DNA of 64,000 nt from an uncultured candidatus Brocadiaceae bacterium (lineage in GTDB: Bacteria > Planctomycetota > UBA1135 > UBA2386), in contig CAZABP010000016.1 of the NCBI GenBank assembly GCA_964483245.1, positions 5,344-69,343 of the forward strand, given 5' to 3'. Made by a program: the position numbers and the translations under genes. Below the pieces are notes generated by a model that saw nothing but the letters and a program-made list of their open reading frames with translations, did not search any database and was not told the DNA's origin. How positions within the stretch are numbered: the stretch's first letter is position 1; each line of letters opens with the position of its first letter. Positions 19,416-26,563 of the stretch are shown in pieces.

Positions 19416-20198
19416 ATGAGAGCTTCGATTCTTCCGATGTTCGCGCTGCTGTGCCTGGCGGCGTCCGCCCAGGAACCTGTTCAACAGGACCAGCGCGTAT
19501 CCGCGCGCATTCAGCAGGCGGAACCGCTGGTGACGCTGCGATTCGAGGGTGGCACGCTCGCACAGTTCGTCGACTCGCTGCGGCAGCAGCGGGAAGGACT
19601 CAACATCCTGGTTCCCGACGGGGCGGAGCGTGTGCAGGTGCCGGCGATGACAGTCAAGGATGCCAGCGTGCCGTCGGTGTTGCAGGCGGTTTGCGATCTC
19701 ACCGAGTCTCGCGATGTGTCGCTCGGCATGAAGTCCTACGGCGGCATCGGGCAGCCGATTTACGCACTGCGGGTGGACTTCCGCGAGCGCCGTGAGGTCA
19801 CGCAACACATCGGGCGCGTGACGGAGCGGCGCGTGCACGTACTGTCGCTGGCGAACCTCGACACGTCGTCCGCATCCGTGTTGTCCGCGATCGAGGGAGC
19901 CTTGCAGGGCGTAGAGAGCGAGCCGCGCCCGACCGTCCGCTATCACGCGAGCACGCAACTCGCGTTCATCGAAGGTACTACGGAGGCGATCTCGGTGGCC
20001 GCGGAAGTCGTCAGCGCGATCCGCGCGACCGACAAGAAATGGATGCAGACGCAGGCGATGAAGTACCCGGCCGGGTACCCGAACCAGCCGATCCAGGTGC
20101 CTGGTCCGCAGGGCGAGGCCCCCGCACGCGAACCGGACGAGGGGAAGGAGCCGGCCGAGCCGCGCAAGCAGGACTCGAAGAAGCAGGGCGCCAAGTAG
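19416..20198 (+). CDS. hypothetical secreted protein with a Lys/Glu/Pro-rich tail
   Basis: Signal peptide MRASILPMFALLCLAASAQE. A purine (GA) tract lies immediately upstream. First gene of a probable operon with the ECF sigma and anti-sigma genes. Confidence 0.6.
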   Translation: MRASILPMFALLCLAASAQEPVQQDQRVSARIQQAEPLVTLRFEGGTLAQFVDSLRQQREGLNILVPDGAERVQVPAMTVKDASVPSVLQAVCDLTESRDVSLGMKSYGGIGQPIYALRVDFRERREVTQHIGRVTERRVHVLSLANLDTSSASVLSAIEGALQGVESEPRPTVRYHASTQLAFIEGTTEAISVAAEVVSAIRATDKKWMQTQAMKYPAGYPNQPIQVPGPQGEAPAREPDEGKEPAEPRKQDSKKQGAK

Positions 20199-20201
20199 CG
20201 A

Positions 20202-20771
20202 TTGCCCGCGACCGTGGCGGATGCGCCCCCTTCCTCGGTCGACCTCGTGCGTCGGATCGCTCGCAGCGATCCGGACGCGTTCGCGCGTTTCTACGACCTC
20301 TGGTTCGACCGCAGCTTCGCGCTGGCTCGCAGCCTCACGCGCGGCGACGAGTCGTTCTGCCTCGACATCGTGCAGGACACGATGCTGCAGGTGATCCGCA
20401 AGCCGCCGTCCCCACAGAGCGAAGCCGCGCTCGCGCAGTGGCTCGGCCGCGCCATCCTGAGCCGCGCGATCGACCGATTGCGCGCCGAACGCCGCCGCCG
20501 CCGGCGCGAGGAACGCGCCGCGCGGGAGGAGCGCTGCGACGCCGCCGATGACGGCGCGTTCGAACAGAACGGCTGGCTCCGCACAGCACTCGCCGAGCTT
20601 CCTGCCGCCGACCGCGCGCTGCTGCACGCACGCTTCCACGACGATCTGACGTTTGCCGAGGCCGGCGCGCGCGCCGGCATGACCGCCAACGCCGCGCACG
20701 GCCGGATCCGCCGCGCGCTGCAACGCCTGCGCCTCGCTGCTCCCGGGAGACCCGACGATGACGACCTCTGA
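20202..20771 (+). CDS. ECF RNA polymerase sigma factor
   Basis: Region 2 (CLDIVQDTMLQVI) and region 4 (LTFAEAGARAGMTANAAHGRIRRAL). The start is ambiguous: TTG 20202 or GTG 20214. Confidence 0.8.
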   Translation: MPATVADAPPSSVDLVRRIARSDPDAFARFYDLWFDRSFALARSLTRGDESFCLDIVQDTMLQVIRKPPSPQSEAALAQWLGRAILSRAIDRLRAERRRRRREERAAREERCDAADDGAFEQNGWLRTALAELPAADRALLHARFHDDLTFAEAGARAGMTANAAHGRIRRALQRLRLAAPGRPDDDDL

Positions 20772-21177
20772 TCCGTTCGCATCCGCACCCGCTGCAATGC
20801 TCTCGCCGGCCGGCACCGCACGCCGCGACCTGCTGCGCGCCGAGCTGACCGGCCTGGTCCGGCGCCGGCGCACGGTGCGCCGCGTGACGCGCACCGCCGC
20901 CGTGTTGCTGTTCTCGGCCGGGATCGGCTGGCTCGCGCTGCGCGAGAAGCCCGCCGTGCTCCCCGCCGTCCCCGGCTACGAGGTCGTCGCCAACGATCCT
21001 TCGGTGTTGCAGCGCCTGTCGATCCCCGAGCGTCCGCTCGCAGCCGAGACGTTCCTCGACGACGACGGTCTGCAGGACTGGCTGCGGCGCGCCGGTCTGC
21101 CGCCCGGCTACGTGCGCACGCCGGAACGGATCGTGTTGATGCCGGAGGTCGCCGAAGCGCTCGCCGAAGCACCGTGA
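20758..21177 (+). CDS. single-pass anti-sigma factor
   Basis: Overlaps the sigma gene by 14 nt. One TM helix, AAVLLFSAGIGWLAL. Its last roughly 115 nt lie inside direct repeat A. Confidence 0.65.
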   Translation: MTTSDPFASAPAAMLSPAGTARRDLLRAELTGLVRRRRTVRRVTRTAAVLLFSAGIGWLALREKPAVLPAVPGYEVVANDPSVLQRLSIPERPLAAETFLDDDGLQDWLRRAGLPPGYVRTPERIVLMPEVAEALAEAP

Positions 21178-21183
21178 AGCGCG
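21063..21183. repeat. direct repeat A (121 bp), 119/121 identical to 25110..25230
   Basis: Aligned by eye. The only mismatches are caggaCtgg/caggaTtgg and gccgaAgcg/gccgaGgcg. Contains the 3' end and stop of the anti-sigma gene. Confidence 0.9.
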
Positions 21184-21230
21184 TGATTGGCAGGCCGCAT
21201 GGCATCAGGTGCGCGGAGAGGGGTCACTCG

Positions 21231-21260
21231 CCGCCACCGCTCGAGCGGTGCTCGTGGCGG
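21231..21260. terminator. nested GC-rich hairpin between convergent genes (possible bidirectional terminator)
   Basis: CCGCCAC ... GTGGCGG outer stem encloses the palindrome CGCTCGAGCG. There is no U-tract. Confidence 0.3.
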
Positions 21261-21262
21261 TA

Positions 21263-22924
21263 CTACTGGATCGTGACCGCGAGTGCGCGCGTGGTGACGC
21301 CGTACGGGCCGACCGCGTCCTGCCCGAAGACCAGCCATTGCGCGTAGAACGTCGCGCCGCGCAGGCGCGGGTCGTTGGGGATCGTTGTTTCGAACCGCGA
21401 CCAGCCCTTGTGGCTGATGCCCTGCGCCTGCCGGACGAACTGTGCGTCGATCGAGGTGCGCAGCGTGCAGCCCGGCATGCCGAAGGCGGTGAGGTCGAGC
21501 GGGAGCGGGGTGCCGTTCCAGATGGTCGAGGAGGAGCCGAGTACGAGTTGTGCGGAGGTGCCCGGGACGACGCGGGACAAGTTGATCGCGAACGGCTTGC
21601 CGAGTTCCGGCGTGAAGCTGGTGCCGATGCGCGGGATCACGCCTGCGCGCGTCGCGCATCCGGTGCCGAGCGTGGTGACGCCGACCGGCGCGCCTGAGTA
21701 GGCGCGGACGCGGTTGACCTTGCGCACAGGATCCCAGAAGCCGGGGATCACGAAGTCGGGGAACTCGTCGCCGTCGAGATCGCCGGCAGCGTAACCGAAA
21801 TAGGATTGAAGATTCGAATCGACGACAGACCACAGGAGCGACTGGTCGCGACCGGAATGGATGAAGGACTCCACGCCGAACCCACCGACGAACAGGTCAT
21901 CGTGAGCGTCGCCGTCGATGTCGCCAACCCGCGCCAGCCAGTCGCCGAAGCGGCGCTCCGGCGGCAACCTTTGAAACCGGAACAACTCGCGGCCGTCCGG
22001 TCCACCGAAGCCGTAGACCCGGTACCGGGTAGGGACGACGACACTGCCGTGATCGCTGGCTGCAAAGTCGTCGAATCCATCGGCGTTGAGGTCGCCTGCG
22101 GCGCACCAGCCCAAAGCGAATGCTCCAGTCGGTTCCGGGGGATAGACGCGAAAATGCTCCTGGTGAGTCCGTCCGGAGTAGAAGCGCGGGACGTCTGGGC
22201 CTCGCAACGGGTGAAGACCGAACGGTCGGATCAGGTAGTCAGGGGTTCCGTCGCCGTTCACATCTCCTGCCGGCGCTGCCCAGCCGAAGCCATGGTACGG
22301 GACCTCCCCATAGTGGTCTGCGATCCTCAGGCCCGCTCGCAGCGACACGATGCTCACTCTCCCGAGATAGAGATTGGGAGGAGTCGAGCCGTAGGAGTGG
22401 TCTCCGAACGAGAGCTCGGTGATGCCGTCACGATCCAGATCCCCGACTGCGTCGACGCGACCTGTCCAGGATGTGTTCGCCCAACGCAGGATCGGCGCTC
22501 GCTTGGCGCCGGACCAGATCGTGTGGATCGCGTAGTTGGGTCCGTGCGTGATCGTGAACCAGTCGGGCACGGCGTCCAGATCGACGTCGCCCAGCGCAAG
22601 CGTCCAACCGAGGTTCTCGTTGGCGTAGGTTCCACGAAGCTCGAACAGCTGCTGTCCCGTCCGACCCGAGTAGACGTGGATGCGCCCCGAATCCACCGGC
22701 GCGCCGACCGGCTCACGCTCCGAGACTGCCAGCTCGGTCGCGCCGTCGCGATCGAGGTCCCCGATCATGGTGATCGATTCGCCGAACCGATCGTCCCCGC
22801 CTGGCCGCGGCGTCCCGCTCCACTCGTGGATCAAGCGTTGCGCCGGAAGCACGGAGGCGAGCAGAAGCGCGACCGCTGCTCCGTGGCGCATCAGGCGAAG
22901 CCCAGCGCTGACCGACTCGACCAT
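21263..22924 (-). CDS. secreted FG-GAP (integrin-alpha-like) beta-propeller protein with an unnamed C-terminal domain
   Basis: Signal peptide. Repeated GDLDRDG / GDVNGDG / GDLNADG / GDIDGDAHDD / GDLDGDEFPD Ca-binding loops. C-terminal 130 aa is homologous to the C-terminus of the Kelch protein at 27346..29529. Confidence 0.8.
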   Translation of the reverse strand: MVESVSAGLRLMRHGAAVALLLASVLPAQRLIHEWSGTPRPGGDDRFGESITMIGDLDRDGATELAVSEREPVGAPVDSGRIHVYSGRTGQQLFELRGTYANENLGWTLALGDVDLDAVPDWFTITHGPNYAIHTIWSGAKRAPILRWANTSWTGRVDAVGDLDRDGITELSFGDHSYGSTPPNLYLGRVSIVSLRAGLRIADHYGEVPYHGFGWAAPAGDVNGDGTPDYLIRPFGLHPLRGPDVPRFYSGRTHQEHFRVYPPEPTGAFALGWCAAGDLNADGFDDFAASDHGSVVVPTRYRVYGFGGPDGRELFRFQRLPPERRFGDWLARVGDIDGDAHDDLFVGGFGVESFIHSGRDQSLLWSVVDSNLQSYFGYAAGDLDGDEFPDFVIPGFWDPVRKVNRVRAYSGAPVGVTTLGTGCATRAGVIPRIGTSFTPELGKPFAINLSRVVPGTSAQLVLGSSSTIWNGTPLPLDLTAFGMPGCTLRTSIDAQFVRQAQGISHKGWSRFETTIPNDPRLRGATFYAQWLVFGQDAVGPYGVTTRALAVTIQ

Positions 22925-22925
22925 G

Positions 22926-24746
22926 TCACATCACCTGCACGAACGCTGCCACGCTCGGGAATCTCGTATTCACGCCGCCCCACGTGTTCTTCGTCACGAC
23001 GAACAGCATGTAGTAGCCCGGTGGCGCGATATTCCTTCCACCCTGCGCGATCGCGGGGAGCGGCTGCAGCGTGAGCTGGTTGCCGGAAGCTGCTTGTACC
23101 GGGAGGCGGACCACCTTCTGATCCCAGTCGAAGTGGTGGGTCACCGACGCGCACCGGATCAATGTCGCGAATTCGATCTCCGTCGCCGGATTCTGGGCGC
23201 CTGCGAGCGCGATCGTCAACGTCGGGATCGCAGCGCCGTAGTTGAGCACGGCTGGCGGATTCACGAGCTGGGGGCGGGCAACGGCCCAGCGCAGGTAGTC
23301 CGGGAGGAAGATCTCGGCGTCCGTGTGGATCAGCGCGTTAGGGGGCAGAGTGGTCTTGTAGCCGCCGGCCAGCAGCACGCGGCCATCGGGCAGCAACACG
23401 GCTACGGTGTGGTAAAGCCGTGGCGAATCGTGCGGCTCCAGCAGCTGCCATCCGGCCTGAGCATTCAGGAGATCCAGTCGTTCAGGCTCGTAGACCGGCT
23501 GCGGAGCCACTTCTGGCGGATTGCCTGTCGCTTTGGCAAAGGGAGCGAATTGGTTCTCGCTTCCCCCGAAGACCACCACGCTCATGTCCGGCAGGATCGT
23601 GGCATTGGCGAAGAGCCGGCGCTTGCTCAGCGTCGACCACCCGGCCGGTCGCGTCCAAGTTGACTGCGTGTTGCTCGGATCTGTCATCTCCCAGGCGGTG
23701 TTCTCCGCTACACGACTCGGCGGAGCTTTCCTGTACCAGAGATTCGAGTCCCAGCCGCCGATCACGACGACGCGGTCGGTGCTGGGTGACTGGCCCACGG
23801 TCCATGGCCAGAGGAACGCCGTTGGATACACCAGATTCACGAGCTGGCTGCTGCTGTCCTGCAGCGTCGATGGGTGAGCTTGCCAAGTCCATGTACTCGG
23901 TGCTCCCGCGGAGACGTTGACGAACGCCGAAGGGCAGTAGTCGCGGTTGACCGTGCCGTTGTAGGCGCCCCAAGTTGCGACTGAGCAGAACACGTAGCCA
24001 TTCGAGAGCAGGTGCAGCAGCGGGTAGAAGTGGAACCCGAGGAGCGGCGGGGTCTTGCCCAGCCCGAGCACGGCGTCGCCACTCGGCATCCCGATCCACG
24101 TCCAGCTCGCCTTGTCGAAGACCTGGTGTTCGTCGGCTCGGTAGAAGACTGGCTCCAGCTGCCCGGTCCGGTACGGCCCGCAGGCCGCTGAGTTCCACGG
24201 TGCAGTACCTCCTCCCGCCAGGAACGCACGGCCGTCGGGCAGCGCAATCACGGAGGGGTAGTAGTGCCCCACGTCCTGTCCGGGGTTCGGCAGGTGCAGT
24301 AGCTCTGGAGTCTGCTGCCAAAGCAGCGAGTCAGGGAAGAACACGTACGACCAGTTCGGCTCCGTCTGGTCGCACTGTGAGTTCCGATCACCGCCGGCGA
24401 GGATGAGGTCGCCATCCTTGTCCCAGGTGTGGCCGGCGCAGAACTGGTTGTCGAGATGGTGGCCCGCGTTGGCGAGCTCAAGCGTGTGCGGTGCCGCCGG
24501 GTCCCAGAGCCACACGGTCTCGGTGGTTGCGTGGGTACGGAAGACGAGAACCTTCCCTTGGTGCGGCCCCGGCTTGCCGATCAGGGCGGCGTGCGCGATC
24601 TCCCAACCGTTCGGCAGGTTGGGCGACCAGTTGTAGGGCCCCTCCCAGCCGTCAGGGTTCCAGCCGATCTGCGCGGTGAGCGGTGCGAAACCAACGAGTA
24701 CGAACGACGCGAGCGCGACGAGCGACGAGCGACGAGCGACGAGCAA
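22926..24746 (-). CDS. galactose-oxidase/glyoxal-oxidase-like radical copper oxidase (Glyoxal_oxid_N plus DUF1929-like); start uncertain, possibly phase-variable
   Basis: Matches to galactose oxidase active-site contexts: NQFCAGH (Cys), HYYPSVIALPDGRAFLAGG (Tyr), RLYHTVAVLLPDGRVLLAGG (Tyr-His), SVTHHFDWDQ (His). C-terminal GYYMLFVV. The in-frame TTG at 24746 has no SD. The SD+ATG at 24771 is out of frame (see findings). Confidence 0.7.
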   Translation of the reverse strand: MLVARRSSLVALASFVLVGFAPLTAQIGWNPDGWEGPYNWSPNLPNGWEIAHAALIGKPGPHQGKVLVFRTHATTETVWLWDPAAPHTLELANAGHHLDNQFCAGHTWDKDGDLILAGGDRNSQCDQTEPNWSYVFFPDSLLWQQTPELLHLPNPGQDVGHYYPSVIALPDGRAFLAGGGTAPWNSAACGPYRTGQLEPVFYRADEHQVFDKASWTWIGMPSGDAVLGLGKTPPLLGFHFYPLLHLLSNGYVFCSVATWGAYNGTVNRDYCPSAFVNVSAGAPSTWTWQAHPSTLQDSSSQLVNLVYPTAFLWPWTVGQSPSTDRVVVIGGWDSNLWYRKAPPSRVAENTAWEMTDPSNTQSTWTRPAGWSTLSKRRLFANATILPDMSVVVFGGSENQFAPFAKATGNPPEVAPQPVYEPERLDLLNAQAGWQLLEPHDSPRLYHTVAVLLPDGRVLLAGGYKTTLPPNALIHTDAEIFLPDYLRWAVARPQLVNPPAVLNYGAAIPTLTIALAGAQNPATEIEFATLIRCASVTHHFDWDQKVVRLPVQAASGNQLTLQPLPAIAQGGRNIAPPGYYMLFVVTKNTWGGVNTRFPSVAAFVQVM

Positions 24747-24756
24747 CGAGCAACGA
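24715..24756. repeat. tandem heptanucleotide repeat, 6 units (plus strand 4x GCGACGA then 2x GCAACGA)
   Basis: Read directly from the sequence. Lies inside the signal-peptide coding region of the oxidase gene. Confidence 0.95.
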
Positions 24757-24779
24757 GATGAACGAACCCATGCGGTTGT

Positions 24780-24785
24780 CTCCTC
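24780..24785 (-). promoter_or_regulatory. Shine-Dalgarno GAGGAG, 8 nt upstream of ATG 24771-24769
   Basis: Minus-strand sequence is GAGGAGACAACCGCATG. Confidence 0.5.
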
Positions 24786-24868
24786 GGTATGGGCCACCGC
24801 GCAACTTAGCGTGCGTGGAGCGAGTCGGTCAACGGGGACAGGGATGCGCGCGAGCGCCTGGTCCATCC

Positions 24869-25034
24869 CTAGAAGTCGTTTCACCAAGCCTCCGCGGCTG
24901 CGGCCAGCCCCCGCACCCGATAGCGGCGTCGCGAGATCTGTGGCGAATCCATCGATTCGCCTGCGATCTCGCTCCTTGCACTCGGCCGCGCTGGCTCGGC
25001 CTCGCCTGCGAAGCATTCGTGAAACGACTTCTAG
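24869..25034. mobile_element. MITE-like non-autonomous element with perfect 16-bp terminal inverted repeats
   Basis: CTAGAAGTCGTTTCAC (24869-24884) is the exact reverse complement of GTGAAACGACTTCTAG (25019-25034). The interior carries nested hairpins, GCGAGATC..GGCGAATC CATC GATTCGCC..GATCTCGC. No ORF inside. Confidence 0.55.
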
Positions 25035-25224
25035 CGGTTGCCATTGTGCGCTGGCATCGGCTGGCTCGCGTTGCGCGCAGAGCCCGCAGCCCTGCCGGTT
25101 GTGCCGGGCCGACGGTCTGCAGGATTGGCTGCGGCGCGCCGGTCTGCCGCCCGGCTACGTGCGCACGCCGGAACGGATCGTGTTGATGCCGGAGGTCGCC
25201 GAGGCGCTCGCCGAAGCACCGTGA
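25035..25224 (+). pseudogene. decayed partial copy of the anti-sigma factor gene (TM end plus C-terminus, internal deletion)
   Basis: 25050-25109 resembles 20915-20975 (shared block ATCGGCTGGCTCGCG, roughly 70% overall). About 90 nt are then missing. 25110-25224 is near-identical to the anti-sigma 3' end. Confidence 0.6.
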
Positions 25225-25230
25225 AGCGCG
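25110..25230. repeat. direct repeat B (121 bp), partner of 21063..21183
   Basis: See repeat A. On the minus strand it contains the last 25 codons and stop of the 7-TM gene. Confidence 0.9.
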
Positions 25231-25928
25231 AGCATCCGCGCCACGAGCAGATGTCCGAACAGCGCCGCCTGCACCAACAGCGCCGGTAGCCAGACGAACG
25301 GCGCCTGCGCGACCCAGGTGTTCGGCGGCTCGGTGTGGAACACGCGCAGCGGCGTCGGCATCGACAACACCGCGATCGACACGATGACCACCAGCAGCGT
25401 CAGCCCGAGCAGGTTCCAGGCGCGCACGAGCCAGAGCGGTAACCGCCCGCCGCGCGCCAGCGCGACGACGTACAGCGCGAGCGCCGTGATCCCGGTCAGC
25501 ACGTCGTAGTTGCCGGCGACCCAAGTCATCTGCGGCGGCACGAACCCTTCGCGCCAGCCTTCGAACAGCAGCACCTCGACCAGGATCCGGAACGACTGGT
25601 AGCCGATCGCCCAGGTCCACGGCAGCCCCTGCGCCAGCCGCGTCCCGAACCGCGAGCGCGCCAGGTGGATCGTGCCGCCGACCGACATCACGAGCAGCAG
25701 CAGCATCGGCGGCGGCATCGTGCCGAATGCGAGATGGCCGCGTGCGGCCGCGAAGTACGTCACTGCCATCCACAGCGCCGCGACGAGCAACGTCCCGGCG
25801 ACCCAGCGGCGTGTCGTCGCCGGAGCTTCGCCGATCCCGCGGCCGGCGCGCGCGACCGCCATGCCGAGCGCGAGCACGAGCCCGACGCACAACGCCGTGA
25901 ACGTCGTCGTGAACAGGGGCGATGGCAT
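25155..25928 (-). CDS. hypothetical 7-TM integral membrane protein
   Basis: Start moved to ATG 25928 (MPSPLFTTTFTAL), which overlaps the stop of the upstream OMP gene (TGATG). About seven hydrophobic helices. Confidence 0.7.
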   Translation of the reverse strand: MPSPLFTTTFTALCVGLVLALGMAVARAGRGIGEAPATTRRWVAGTLLVAALWMAVTYFAAARGHLAFGTMPPPMLLLLVMSVGGTIHLARSRFGTRLAQGLPWTWAIGYQSFRILVEVLLFEGWREGFVPPQMTWVAGNYDVLTGITALALYVVALARGGRLPLWLVRAWNLLGLTLLVVIVSIAVLSMPTPLRVFHTEPPNTWVAQAPFVWLPALLVQAALFGHLLVARMLALHGASASASATSGINTIRSGVRT

Positions 25929-26563
25929 CAGAACGTGACCTTCCCGCCGAGCGTCAGCTGACCGATGTGAGCCAGCGTGCCGTCGGCATCGCCGGCGAAG
26001 ATCGCACTGCCGCCGAGCTCGAGCATGAAGCCGTCGGCGACCTGCAGCTCGAGCCCGACCCGCACCATGCCGGCGACGCCGGTGTCGTCTGGGAACGCGA
26101 CCGGCATGTCGAGCCACGCTGCGCCGATGCCGGCACCGATCACGCCGAACAGCGGGAGCGCGGGATCATCGAAGCCGCCGCGGAACTGCACGTCGGCCAG
26201 CAGCAGATCCAGCTCGGCGGTGCCCCCGGTCAGCTGCTCGCCGAACCGCGCGCCTTCGTACAACAGGCCGACGTTGATCACCCCGTTGCCGATGCCGGCG
26301 CGGACACCGGCGCCGTAACCGCTTTCGAAGCGTGCGCTGCTGATCCGGCTCGACTGCTCAGCGATGCTCGCGTACGGGACCCCGAACAGATCGAACTGGA
26401 AGCGATCGAAGCGATCACTGCGCAAGCTGCGCTCCGCGGCGGCCGGCTCGACCGGGGACTCCGGTCGCGGTGGCGCGGCTGCGGAGAACGCTGCGCAGCA
26501 GCACAGCGGCACCACTGCCAGCAGGGTCCACGCGGCGAGCAGCGGTTGCCGGACGTGGCGCAT
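25928..26563 (-). CDS. small outer-membrane beta-barrel protein (OmpW/OprF-N-like), paralog 2
   Basis: Signal peptide, alternating beta-strand pattern, and C-terminal GGKVTF ending in Phe. Start at ATG 26563 overlaps the stop of paralog 1. Confidence 0.7.
   Translation of the reverse strand: MRHVRQPLLAAWTLLAVVPLCCCAAFSAAAPPRPESPVEPAAAERSLRSDRFDRFQFDLFGVPYASIAEQSSRISSARFESGYGAGVRAGIGNGVINVGLLYEGARFGEQLTGGTAELDLLLADVQFRGGFDDPALPLFGVIGAGIGAAWLDMPVAFPDDTGVAGMVRVGLELQVADGFMLELGGSAIFAGDADGTLAHIGQLTLGGKVTF

Noticed and set aside
24715-24756. CRISPR array
   Set aside because: The only short tandem repeats in the window are 7-nt and 9-nt microsatellite-type tracts without spacers. No 25-40 nt repeat/spacer architecture and no cas genes were seen.
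24772-25016. N-terminal extension of the oxidase ORF (starts at 25016 or ATG 24866)
   Set aside because: It would place 38-80 non-signal residues before an obvious signal peptide and would read through the MITE-like element. No SD is present. The SD+ATG at 24771 and the repeat tract explain the region better.
21184-25109. Integrase, recombinase or transposase gene inside the repeat-flanked cassette
   Set aside because: All six frames were inspected through the ORF track. Only the FG-GAP and oxidase genes are credible, so no mobility enzyme can be claimed.
24676-25289. ORFs 24676..25224(+) and 25038..25289(+)
   Set aside because: They exist only because they run into the duplicated anti-sigma 3' fragment. 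Upstream they cross the repeat tract and the MITE, and they have no start context. I treated them as a pseudogene remnant.
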